NCBI RefSeq assembly: GCF_000195955.2
Contig: NC_000962.3
Span: forward strand, 3,420,001 to 3,452,000
DNA length: 32,000 nt
Source of the DNA: Mycobacterium tuberculosis H37Rv
GTDB taxonomy: Bacteria > Actinomycetota > Actinomycetes > Mycobacteriales > Mycobacteriaceae
Direction: 5' to 3'
Both the position numbers and the translations under genes were made by a program. Below are positions 19,549 to 28,503 of the stretch, in pieces. A model generated the notes under the pieces. It ran no database searches, was not told the DNA's origin, and saw only the letters and a list, made by a program, of their open reading frames with translations. Every line of letters starts with the position of its first letter. Within the stretch, counting starts at the first letter, position 1.

Positions 19549-21352
19549 CCGTCCCGACATCATCATCGTGATGACCGACGAGGAACGTGCGGTGCCGCCG
19601 TACGAGTCGGCCGAGGTGCTCGCCTGGCGTCAACGCAGCTTGACCGGCCGCCGTTGGTTCGACGAGCACGGGATCAGTTTCACTCGGCACTACACCGGTT
19701 CGCTGGCGTGCGTGCCCAGCCGCCCGACGATTTTCACCGGCCAATATCCGGATCTGCACGGCGTCACCCAGACCGACGGCATCGGCAAGCGATTCGATGA
19801 TTCGCGGCTGCGCTGGCTACGGGCCGGCGAGGTGCCGACGTTGGGTAACTGGTTTCGCGCGGCCGGGTATGACACTCACTACGACGGCAAGTGGCACATC
19901 TCGCACGCCGATCTGGAAGACCCCGCGACCGGTGCACCACTGGCCACCAACGACAACGAGGGCGTCGTCGACTCGGCCGCGGTGCGGCGTTACCTCGACG
20001 CCGACCCGCTCGGGCCATACGGCTTCTCCGGGTGGGTGGGCCCCGAGCCCCATGGGGCGGGGTTGGCCAACAGCGGTTTTCGTCGCGACCCGCTGGTCGC
20101 CGATCGTGTCGTCGCGTGGCTGACCGAGCGCTACGCCCGGCGGCGCGCCGGTGACACCGCCGCGATGCGCCCGTTCTTGCTGGTGGCCAGCTTCGTCAAC
20201 CCGCACGACATCGTGCTGTTCCCGGCATGGGTGTGGCGCAGCCCGCTAAAGCCCTCCCCACTGGACCCGCCACACGTACCGGCGGCGCCGACCGCCGACG
20301 AGGACCTGTCGACCAAGCCGGCCGCGCAGGTCGCCTACCGGGAGGCGTACTACTCCGGATACGGCCTAACGCGTATGGTCAGCCGCAACTATGCCCGCAA
20401 CGCGCAGCGCTACCGGGACCTCTACTACCGCCTGCACGCCGAGGTCGACGGGCCGATCGACCGTGTGGGCCGCGCGGTCACCGAGGGCGGATCCGAGGAT
20501 GCCATGCTGGTGCGCACCTCCGACCATGGCGATCTGCTCGGAGCGCATGGCGGACTGCACCAGAAGTGGTTCAACCTCTATGACGAGGCAACCAGGGTGC
20601 CGTTCGTCATTGCCCGCATCGGCGAGAAGGCAACCCAACCGCGCACGGTCTCGGCGCCCACCTCGCATGTCGACTTGGTGCCGACGCTGCTTAGCGCGGC
20701 CGGCGTGGACGTAGACGTGGTGGCCGCGGCCCTGGCCGAATCGTTCTCCGAGGTGCATCCGCTGCCCGGTCGTGACCTGATGCCGGTCGTGGACGGGGCT
20801 TCGGCCGACGAGGGTCGGGCCATCTACCTGATGACGCGTGACAACGTGCTCGAAGGCGACACCGGCGCGTCCCTGCTGTCGCGGCAACTGGGCCGTATCG
20901 TGAATCCGCCTGCACCGCTGCGCATCAAGGTGCCCGCCCACGTCGCCGCCAACTTCGAGGGATTAGTCGTACGGGTCGATGACACCGACGCCGCCGGTGG
21001 TGCCGGGCACCTGTGGAAACTGGTGCGTACCTTCGACGACCCGGCCACCTGGACCGAACCCGGTGTGCGTCACCTGGCCACCAACGGCATGGGCGGCGAC
21101 GCCTATCGCACCGATCCACTGGACGACCAGTGGGAGCTCTACGACCTGACCGCCGATCCCATCGAGGCATACAACCGGTGGACCGACCCACAACTGCACG
21201 AGCTGCGACAGCATCTGCGGATGCTGCTCAAACAGCAACGTGCGGTATCGGTACCGGAACGCAACCAACCGTGGCCGTATGCTCATCGACTGCCGCCGAG
21301 CGGGGCATCCAACGGTTTGGTGCGGCGAGTGTTGGGAAGGTTCGTGCGCTAA
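19541..21352 (+). CDS. Sulfatase / alkaline-phosphatase superfamily hydrolase (603 aa)
   Basis: DIIIVMTDEERA metal motif, formylglycine site CVPSRPTIFTGQYP (CxPSR), HISHADLEDP, SDHGDLLGAHG; context Rv3077. Confidence 0.92.
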   Translation: MANRPDIIIVMTDEERAVPPYESAEVLAWRQRSLTGRRWFDEHGISFTRHYTGSLACVPSRPTIFTGQYPDLHGVTQTDGIGKRFDDSRLRWLRAGEVPTLGNWFRAAGYDTHYDGKWHISHADLEDPATGAPLATNDNEGVVDSAAVRRYLDADPLGPYGFSGWVGPEPHGAGLANSGFRRDPLVADRVVAWLTERYARRRAGDTAAMRPFLLVASFVNPHDIVLFPAWVWRSPLKPSPLDPPHVPAAPTADEDLSTKPAAQVAYREAYYSGYGLTRMVSRNYARNAQRYRDLYYRLHAEVDGPIDRVGRAVTEGGSEDAMLVRTSDHGDLLGAHGGLHQKWFNLYDEATRVPFVIARIGEKATQPRTVSAPTSHVDLVPTLLSAAGVDVDVVAAALAESFSEVHPLPGRDLMPVVDGASADEGRAIYLMTRDNVLEGDTGASLLSRQLGRIVNPPAPLRIKVPAHVAANFEGLVVRVDDTDAAGGAGHLWKLVRTFDDPATWTEPGVRHLATNGMGGDAYRTDPLDDQWELYDLTADPIEAYNRWTDPQLHELRQHLRMLLKQQRAVSVPERNQPWPYAHRLPPSGASNGLVRRVLGRFVR

Positions 21353-21754
21353 TTGCAGAAGCTGCTATTCACCATCGGGTTGGCCCTGTTCCTGATCGGC
21401 CTGCTTACCGGATTGGTCATCCCGGCACTGAAGAACCCGCGCATGGCGCTGTCGAGCCACCTCGAGGGGGTCCTCAACGGGATGTTCCTCGTCGTGCTCG
21501 GCCTGCTCTGGCCGCACATCGATCTGCCCGAGGCATGGCAGGTTATCGCGGTGGCGCTGATCGTTTACTCCGCCTACGCCAACTGGCTGGCGACCCTGCT
21601 CGCGGCGGCCTGGGGAGCGGGCCGTAAATTCGCGCCCATCGCGACCGGCGACCACAAAGCCCCGGCCGCCAAGGAGGGATTCGTCAGCTTTCTGTTGTTG
21701 TCCCTCTCGGTGGCCATCGTGATCGGCGTGGTCATCGTCATCATTGGCCTCTGA
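21353..21754 (+). CDS. hab: Hydroxylaminobenzene mutase-like membrane protein (133 aa)
   Basis: LLFTIGLALFLIGLLTGLVIPALKNPRMALSSHLEGVLNGMFLVVLGLLWP; TTG directly after the sulfatase stop codon; context Rv3078. Confidence 0.85.
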   Translation: MQKLLFTIGLALFLIGLLTGLVIPALKNPRMALSSHLEGVLNGMFLVVLGLLWPHIDLPEAWQVIAVALIVYSAYANWLATLLAAAWGAGRKFAPIATGDHKAPAAKEGFVSFLLLSLSVAIVIGVVIVIIGL

Positions 21755-21769
21755 CGGCGACCCGTCCAA

Positions 21770-22597
21770 CTACGCCAGCCGCGCTAGCTCGGCCTGAAGC
21801 TTGTCCAGATATCGAAGCGTCGGGTCGCGAGGCTCGGTCGGCAGCTCCAGCAAAACCCGCTCCACCCCTAGATGCCGGTATCCCTCAAGGTCTTTAGCCG
21901 CCGCTTCACCCCACTGGCACACGGTCACCGGCACGTCGCCCCCGGCCATGGCGCGCAACCGCTGAAGCGGACCCGACAGCCGCTGCGGTGATGGACTGAT
22001 CGCGATCCACCCGGCATTGAGCCGGGCTATCCGCGGGAAGTTCGCCGGTCCCCCGCCCACATACAGCGGAGGATAGGGCTTTGTCACCGGCTTCGGCCAG
22101 CAGTAGATCGGATCGAAGTCCACATATGTCCCATGGAATTCCGCCTGCTCCTGCGTCCAGATCTCGATTATCGCGCGCAACCGCTCATCGATCACACGTC
22201 CGCGCACCGCAGGGTCCACACCATGGTTGGCGACTTCTTCGCGCAACCAGCCCACACCCACGCCGAAGCGAAACCGTCCCTGCGACACCAGATCCAGCGA
22301 GGCGACCTCCTTGGCCGTGACGATCGGATCGCGTTCCGGGATCAGCGCGATGCCGGTGCCTAACACCAGTGACTGGGTGGTAGCTGCCGCGGCCGCCAAC
22401 GCCACAAAGGGATCCAGGGTGCGGTAATACTTCTCCGGAATTGGGCCACCGCCCGGGTAGGGGCTCTGCGTGTTGACGGGAATATGGGTGTGCTCGGCGA
22501 GGAACAGCGACTCAAACCCGCGGTGCTCGAGTGCCGCACCCAGCTCCGCCGGGCCGATTCCCTCGTCGGTGACGAACGTCAGGACACCGAATTGCAT
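21770..22597 (-). CDS. F420-dependent LLM-class (luciferase-like) oxidoreductase (275 aa)
   Basis: MQFGVLTFVTDEGIGPAELGAALEHRGFESLFLAEHTHIPV...GRFRFGVGVGWLREEVANHG; context Rv3079c. Confidence 0.92.
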   Translation of the reverse strand: MQFGVLTFVTDEGIGPAELGAALEHRGFESLFLAEHTHIPVNTQSPYPGGGPIPEKYYRTLDPFVALAAAAATTQSLVLGTGIALIPERDPIVTAKEVASLDLVSQGRFRFGVGVGWLREEVANHGVDPAVRGRVIDERLRAIIEIWTQEQAEFHGTYVDFDPIYCWPKPVTKPYPPLYVGGGPANFPRIARLNAGWIAISPSPQRLSGPLQRLRAMAGGDVPVTVCQWGEAAAKDLEGYRHLGVERVLLELPTEPRDPTLRYLDKLQAELARLA

Positions 22598-22655
22598 GCT
22601 TGCTCCCATCGTCTTGTGGCTGCAAGATCTGCACGACGATACGGCCGGCCGCGAG

Positions 22656-25600
22656 TTAGGCCAGTCCCGCATCGACCAGCAGACGTGACAGCCCGAGTTC
22701 GGCGCACTTCGTGGCTACCGGCGCCAGTTCGTTTCGCGCATCGGATTCCCGTCCGGTGGCGGCAAGCGTTTCGATATGAAGTATTTGCGCCTGCAGCGCC
22801 GCCAGCGGTCTGCGCGTACCGTCGATGGCGGCGGCGAGAGCACCGGCCCGTTGGCAGGCTTGGTCACGATCGGCGGAGTCGCCGGCGGACAACAGGCGCA
22901 CCGCGGAGTCCTCGTCGAGTTCGGCTGTCATGGTGGCGATTCCATTGTCGCGGGGGATGGTGCGGGGTGCCAGCAAATCGGCGGCCACCGCCGCAGGTAG
23001 CGCGATGCCCAGCCGGATCCGCTCGTTGTTGATTCGGGCAGCCAGGCGCGGCAGCCCCAGCTGGACGGCAGTATCGCCTCCGGTGGACAGGCGATCAGCC
23101 GCACCCTCATGATCCCCCTGGGCCGCCTTGACCCGCGCGCCGATCACGTACCTGGCGGCCAGGTAGTCCACTGCACCCCCCTCGGAACCCAGCAGATAGC
23201 TCTCGTCCATGAGACGACCAGCCCCGGCCAGATCGCCGGTCTCGTAGAGCAATTCGGCGAGCAGCGAACCCGCAAGCCGCGCCGCGTGCGAGTGGGCCCC
23301 CACTGCCGTGCCGACCTCGAACGCCGTTCGGAAGTTCTGTAGCGCAGCGACAATGTCGAGCCGATTCCTGGCCGCCATGCCGCGCAAGCACTGCGCATAA
23401 ACGGTGCCGAACGGTCCCATCATTTCCTGGTAGGGCGCGGCCCAGTCCAGCAGTGGATATACCTCGGCGAACTCGAAGCGGCAGATCGCGGCCAACGCCG
23501 CGGTGTTGCCGGCGGTCCCGGGGACTCGCGGGGGCAGGGTGTCCGGTCTCGACATTGCCTCGGCGAGAAGGTCATCCACGCGCTCGACCCGGTCTGCGAA
23601 CACCTCGGCGACCGCCCGCAACACGTCTGCCTCGGCCCGCAGATCCGCCTGCGTCGCCTCGGGAAGCTCGGCCCGGCCAAGGGCCGTTTCGAAACGATTC
23701 AGGGCACCGGTGGCCGGCGCCGGCCGTTGCAGCAGAATGTTCGCCCACGCGATGGCGAGTTGGAGCCGGGCCCGTGAAACCACCATCGACGTCGGCAGTT
23801 TCTGCACGATTGCCAGAAGTGTGGTCATCTTTGACTGCTCCGGCAGGTTCGTTTCATCCTGCTCGACAAGATCGACGGCGCGCGCGGGATCGCCCGCGGC
23901 CAGTGCATGGTCGACGGCTTCGTGCAGGTAGCCGTTCTCGGCGAACCAGGCCGATGCCCTGCGGTGCAGTTCCGCCACCCGGTGCGACCCGCCACGTTCG
24001 AGGCGACGGTGGAGAAAGTCGGCGAACATTTGGTGGAAGCGAAACCAATTCGGGTCGTCTTCGGTCCGTTGCAGGAACAAGCCGCGGTGCTCGGCCTCTT
24101 CCAGCATCGCCCGCCCATTGGTGATCCCGGCCAGCGCCGAGGCCAGCCCGCCGCACGTGCGTTCGGTGACCGATGCCACCAGTAGGAATTCGCGCAGTTC
24201 GGGTTCCAGGGTGTCCAGCACGTTTTCGCTCAGGAATTCGTGGATCACGTCACTGGCGCCGGAAAGTCCGCGCAGGAGTTGGGTCGCGTCGCCCCCGCCG
24301 CGCAGCGACAGCGCGGCCAGCCGCAGCGCCGCGGCCCACCCGTCGGTAGAGGTAGTCAGCGCCTGCACGTCTGCGCGCGGCAATCGCAGACCACCAGCAT
24401 CGTTCAGCAGCGCGGCGGCCTCGTCGGTATCGAAGCGCAAAGCAGCCGAATCGATCTCGGCTAGTTCGTCGCCGATCCGCAACCTGCCCACCGGCAAACC
24501 GGCGCGAGACCAGCTGGTCACGATGAGCTGCAGGTGGTGACATCCGTTGTCCAGCAGGAAACCCAGGGCAGCTTGGGTGCGGCTGTCGGACACCCGATGC
24601 CAGTCGTCGATCACCACCGCGATCCGGTCGTCGTTTTCGTGGATTTCGTCGATCAGCGAAGTCAACACGTAGCGGCCGGCGTCATCCCCATGCTCTTCGA
24701 GCACGTGCCCCAACGACTCGGCCAGCGTGGGCCGGACCCGCCGGATCGACTCGAGCAGGTGCGACAAGAACCACACCTCGTTGTTGTCGTCGTTGTCGAT
24801 TGTCAGCCAGGCGACCGCGGCGCCGTCGCGCGAGAGCTCTTCCCGCCATTGCGCCGCCAGGGTGCTTTTGCCGAATCCCGAGGGCGCGTGGATGAGGATC
24901 AGCCGGCGCCGTCCGCCGGCGCGCAGGATGTCGGTGAGCCGGCTGCGGGTGACCAGCGAGCCGGTGGGCACCGACGGCCGGTACTTGGTCGCGGGTGTCG
25001 GAGGCGTCGGGACCGTCGGGGTGCCGCCGCCGGTATGCCGATGCGCCGCGTGCGCCTCGGGCGAGCGTCGGCGTTCCACGCCCAGCTCGACGGGGAGGGG
25101 CATCTCGTCGACGCTGACGCCGTTGCGGCGCTGAACGTCGCGAAGCTCCTCGCCAACGTCTGCCGCGGTCGCGGGACGATCCGCCGGATGGCGGGCCATC
25201 GCCCGTTCGATGGCGGCGGCCACGTCCGCGGGCAGTCCCTGCTTCCGCAGGTCGGGGATCGGCTGCGAGGTGATCCGCAGGAACTGGGCGATCACCCGCT
25301 CACCGCTGCGGCGCTCGTAGGCGGCATGGCCGGTCAGCGCACAGAACAACGTCGCGCCCAGGGAGTACACGTCAGAGGCGGGCGTCGGCGATGCTCCTTC
25401 GAGAACTTCCGGCGCGGTGAAAGCCGGGGAACCGGCAATCACCCCGGTCGCCGTCTCGAAACCCCCGGCGATTCTGGCGATTCCGAAATCGGTCAGCTGC
25501 GGTTCCCCGTAGTCGGTCAGCAGGATATTCCCCGGCTTCACGTCACGGTGCAGGGTGCCGACGCGATGCGCGGCTTCCAGCGCTCCCGCGAGCTTGACGC

Positions 25601-25988
25601 CGATCGACAGCGTCTCGCGCCAGTCCAGCGGCCCGTGCCGGCGAATCAGCGTCTCCAACGAATTCTTGGCGTGGTAGGGCATCACGATGAAGGGCCGCCC
25701 ACCCGCCAACACGCCCACCTGCAAGACGGTCACGATGTGCGGGTGCCCGGAAAGGCGGCCCATGGCCCGCTGCTCGCGCAGGAAGCGCTCGAGATTGTCC
25801 CGATCCAGGTCGGTGCTCAATACCTTGACGGCGACGGCGCGGTCCAGCGAGGGCTGGACGCAGCGGTAGACGACGCCGAATCCGCCGCGCCCGATCTCCT
25901 CGACATTGTCGAATCCAGCCTCAAGCAGTTCCGCGGGAATATTCGGGACCAGGTCCCGCCGCGTCGCGTGCGGATCAACGTCGGTCAT
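22656..25988 (-). CDS. pknK: Serine/threonine protein kinase fused to a MalT/LuxR-like STAND ATPase and TPR-like region (1110 aa)
   Basis: Kinase motifs GRGGFGVVYRC, LHRDVKPGNILLTDYGEPQLTDFGIA; P-loop HAPSGFGKSTLAAQW; helical repeat C-terminus. Confidence 0.96.
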   Translation of the reverse strand: MTDVDPHATRRDLVPNIPAELLEAGFDNVEEIGRGGFGVVYRCVQPSLDRAVAVKVLSTDLDRDNLERFLREQRAMGRLSGHPHIVTVLQVGVLAGGRPFIVMPYHAKNSLETLIRRHGPLDWRETLSIGVKLAGALEAAHRVGTLHRDVKPGNILLTDYGEPQLTDFGIARIAGGFETATGVIAGSPAFTAPEVLEGASPTPASDVYSLGATLFCALTGHAAYERRSGERVIAQFLRITSQPIPDLRKQGLPADVAAAIERAMARHPADRPATAADVGEELRDVQRRNGVSVDEMPLPVELGVERRRSPEAHAAHRHTGGGTPTVPTPPTPATKYRPSVPTGSLVTRSRLTDILRAGGRRRLILIHAPSGFGKSTLAAQWREELSRDGAAVAWLTIDNDDNNEVWFLSHLLESIRRVRPTLAESLGHVLEEHGDDAGRYVLTSLIDEIHENDDRIAVVIDDWHRVSDSRTQAALGFLLDNGCHHLQLIVTSWSRAGLPVGRLRIGDELAEIDSAALRFDTDEAAALLNDAGGLRLPRADVQALTTSTDGWAAALRLAALSLRGGGDATQLLRGLSGASDVIHEFLSENVLDTLEPELREFLLVASVTERTCGGLASALAGITNGRAMLEEAEHRGLFLQRTEDDPNWFRFHQMFADFLHRRLERGGSHRVAELHRRASAWFAENGYLHEAVDHALAAGDPARAVDLVEQDETNLPEQSKMTTLLAIVQKLPTSMVVSRARLQLAIAWANILLQRPAPATGALNRFETALGRAELPEATQADLRAEADVLRAVAEVFADRVERVDDLLAEAMSRPDTLPPRVPGTAGNTAALAAICRFEFAEVYPLLDWAAPYQEMMGPFGTVYAQCLRGMAARNRLDIVAALQNFRTAFEVGTAVGAHSHAARLAGSLLAELLYETGDLAGAGRLMDESYLLGSEGGAVDYLAARYVIGARVKAAQGDHEGAADRLSTGGDTAVQLGLPRLAARINNERIRLGIALPAAVAADLLAPRTIPRDNGIATMTAELDEDSAVRLLSAGDSADRDQACQRAGALAAAIDGTRRPLAALQAQILHIETLAATGRESDARNELAPVATKCAELGLSRLLVDAGLA

Positions 25989-26039
25989 CGACGGTCACTA
26001 TCCTCGGCCGGGAGGGTATCACCACCAGTTTCATCGCCG

Positions 26040-27278
26040 GTGACCCCACACTATCGCCAAGCCGCGGCGTCGCGGCTCGATACCCACCGCACGCAAAAGC
26101 TCCGTTCCCAGACCAACGGAGGGAAGGACCGGCACCAGTTGACATACGAGCAGTTCGCTCGTATGTTGACGCTGATGGGGCCGAGCGATCTGTGGACGGT
26201 GGAACGCGCGGCGCGCCATTGGGGCGTGAGCGCGTCGCGCGCTCGCGCTATCCTGTCGAGCCGCCACATTCACCGGGTCAGCGGCTACCCCGCGCAGGCG
26301 ATCAAGGCGGTCACCCTGCGCCAGGGTGCGCGCACCGACCTCAAAACCGCCAACCATCTCGTGCCGGCCGCACAAGCGTTCACCATGGCCGAGACGGGTG
26401 CCGCGATCGGAGAGACCGAAGATGAGCGGGCACGACTGCGCATTTTCTTCGAGTTCCTCCGCGGCGCCGATGAGACCGGGACATCCGCGCTCGATCTCAT
26501 CGTTGACGAGCCCGCGCTGATCGGTGAGCACCGGTTCGATGCTTTGTTGGCCGCGGCTGCGGAATACATTTCGGCGCGCTGGGGCCGGCCTGGACCCTTG
26601 TGGTCGGTGAGTATCGAACGGTTTCTGGACACGGCCTGGTGGGTCAGCGACCTCCCGTCGGCACGAGCGTTTGCCGCCGTGTGGACGCCGGCGCCGTTCC
26701 GGCGCCGCGGCATTTACCTAGATCGCCACGACCTCACGAGCGATGGAGTGTGTGTCATGCCCGAACCGGTGTTCAACCGAACCGAGCTCCAGCGGGCGTT
26801 CACTGCCCTGGCGGCCAAGCTGGAACGCAGAGGCGTTGTCGGTCAGGTGCACGTTGTCGGCGGGGCGGCGATGCTACTCGCCTACAACTCCCGTGTCACC
26901 ACTCGCGATATCGACGCGTTGTTCTCAACTGACGGGCCTATGCTCGAAGCGATTCGTGAGGTCGCTGACGAAATGGGTTGGCCGCGAACGTGGCTCAACA
27001 ATCAGGCCAGCGGTTACGTCTCCCGCACACCAGGTGAAGGCGCCCCCGTTTTCGATCACCCATTCCTGCATGTCGTAGCCACACCCGCGCAGCACCTTCT
27101 CGCGATGAAAGTCGTTGCGGCACGCGGCGTGCGTGACGGCGAAGACATTCGCCTCCTGCTCGATCGGCTGCGAATCACCAGCGCGGCCGGCGTATGGGAG
27201 ATTGTCGCACGCTACTTTCCCGCCGAAACCATCACCGACCGGTCGAGGCTCCTCGTCGAGGACCTCCTCAACCAATAG
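26040..27278 (+). CDS. HTH-containing protein with C-terminal nucleotidyltransferase-like (DUF6036/AbiEii-like) segment (412 aa)
   Basis: GTG at 26040; N-terminal DLWTVERAARHWGVSASRARAILSSRHIHRV; C-terminal VHVVGGAAMLLAYNSRVTTRDIDALFST...HLLAMKVVAARGVRDGEDIRLLLDRL; context Rv3081. Confidence 0.8.
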   Translation: MTPHYRQAAASRLDTHRTQKLRSQTNGGKDRHQLTYEQFARMLTLMGPSDLWTVERAARHWGVSASRARAILSSRHIHRVSGYPAQAIKAVTLRQGARTDLKTANHLVPAAQAFTMAETGAAIGETEDERARLRIFFEFLRGADETGTSALDLIVDEPALIGEHRFDALLAAAAEYISARWGRPGPLWSVSIERFLDTAWWVSDLPSARAFAAVWTPAPFRRRGIYLDRHDLTSDGVCVMPEPVFNRTELQRAFTALAAKLERRGVVGQVHVVGGAAMLLAYNSRVTTRDIDALFSTDGPMLEAIREVADEMGWPRTWLNNQASGYVSRTPGEGAPVFDHPFLHVVATPAQHLLAMKVVAARGVRDGEDIRLLLDRLRITSAAGVWEIVARYFPAETITDRSRLLVEDLLNQ

Positions 27279-27326
27279 CAGACCACTAGCAGTGAAGCCG
27301 CGGCCGCCGCGCGCAGCACCCCAGTG

Positions 27327-27343
27327 TCATGGATTATCCATGA
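27327..27343. repeat. Short inverted repeat TCATGGA-tta-TCCATGA
   Basis: Perfect 7-bp arms in the gap between the convergent genes at 26040..27278 and virS. Confidence 0.4.
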
Positions 27344-27403
27344 TTCGGGCGTCCCCAATGCGAACCGCTTCTGTCAGTCGGGGCTGGGGTTTCACCACCC
27401 GTT

Positions 27404-28426
27404 TCACCGACCGCTGACCCCACCATAGGCTCGATACTGCCGGGGTGTCATCCCAAACCAGCGCCGGCACGACCGGTTGAGCGCGCTCTGCTCGGAATAG
27501 CCGAGCAGCACCGCGATTTGGCTCAGATACAACCCCGGTTGGGCGAGGTACCTTGCCGCTTGCGCACGGCGTTCGCGCTCGATGAGGTCATGGCACCGGA
27601 GGCCCTCGGCAGCCAAGCGCCGCTGCAGCGTTCGTGGGTGCATGTCGAGTTGGTCGGCGATGGCCTCGGCGCTGCATTGGCCGGTCGGCAGCAGGCGGCG
27701 GGCCAACCCGACGACCCGCTCGGAGAGCGTGGCATCGCTCGGAAGGTATTGGGATTCCAAATATTTCGTGGCGATGCGCTTGGTTTCCGGATCCGCATGG
27801 TCGATGGGCCTACCGGCGAGCCGGTGGTCCACCTCGAACCCGCACCATGTCCGGCCGAACCGAACGGTACAACCCAACGCTTCGCGGTAGGCGGCGTCGG
27901 TGCCCAGTTGCGCATGTCGGAACGAGAAAACGCGCGCCCGCGCCTGCGGTCCGCCCAGCAGGCGGATCATCCGGGCGGCGTTGGCCATGCTCAGCTCGTA
28001 TCCCTGCAGCGGATAGGGAATCCCCGGTTCGGTCACCTCATAGCCGAACCGGACGTTGGACCGTGCGGTAGTTGATGAAACCGTCAGCGTCAGGGCGGGC
28101 GAATGGACGTAGAGGTAGCGACCGATCGCCTCCAGCCCGCCGAACAAGGTGGCAGCGTTGCGCGCGATCACCGCTACCGGGCCGAGAATGCCCAGGCCCT
28201 GCCAGCGTGCAAGGCGTAGTCCGAAGTCCGGGCAATCGAGCTCGGCGGCGCTGGCCTCCAGCATGCGCACGAACCCGGCCAGCGACATGAACGCGTCCTC
28301 TTGGTGTTCGATGCCCGGCGGGATGTCGAAGCGCCGCAGAAACGGCAGCGGGTCCGCGCCGAGCTCGCGCATCAGGTCGGTGTACCCCCACAGGTTGGTG
28401 GCGCGGATGAGGCTGCCCAGCTCCAT
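27404..28426 (-). CDS. virS: AraC/XylS-family transcriptional regulator (340 aa)
   Basis: C-terminal AraC HTH: IADQLDMHPRTLQRRLAAEGL...QIAVLLGYSEQSALNRSCRRWFGMTPRQYR; divergent from the FMO gene. Confidence 0.95.
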   Translation of the reverse strand: MELGSLIRATNLWGYTDLMRELGADPLPFLRRFDIPPGIEHQEDAFMSLAGFVRMLEASAAELDCPDFGLRLARWQGLGILGPVAVIARNAATLFGGLEAIGRYLYVHSPALTLTVSSTTARSNVRFGYEVTEPGIPYPLQGYELSMANAARMIRLLGGPQARARVFSFRHAQLGTDAAYREALGCTVRFGRTWCGFEVDHRLAGRPIDHADPETKRIATKYLESQYLPSDATLSERVVGLARRLLPTGQCSAEAIADQLDMHPRTLQRRLAAEGLRCHDLIERERRAQAARYLAQPGLYLSQIAVLLGYSEQSALNRSCRRWFGMTPRQYRAYGGVSGR

Positions 28427-28432
28427 CACCTC

Positions 28433-28470
28433 CTGTCGGAAAATGATAAAAGGCTGTCGCAAAGTGTCAA
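28433..28470. promoter_or_regulatory. Two 17-bp direct repeats spaced by 21 bp, candidate VirS operator
   Basis: CTGTCGGAAAATGATAA at 28433 and CTGTCGCAAAGTGTCAA at 28454; 13/17 identical. Confidence 0.65.
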
Positions 28471-28503
28471 TACGTGGCGGGGGTCCTCCACCATGCTGGA
28501 GCC

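Noticed and set aside
24534-26039. Long plus-strand open frame (914-aa ORF 24534..27278) running opposite pknK.
   Set aside because: Only the part from the GTG at 26040 has protein-like composition; the upstream part is Arg/Pro/Gly-rich antisense shadow of pknK, expected in high-GC DNA.
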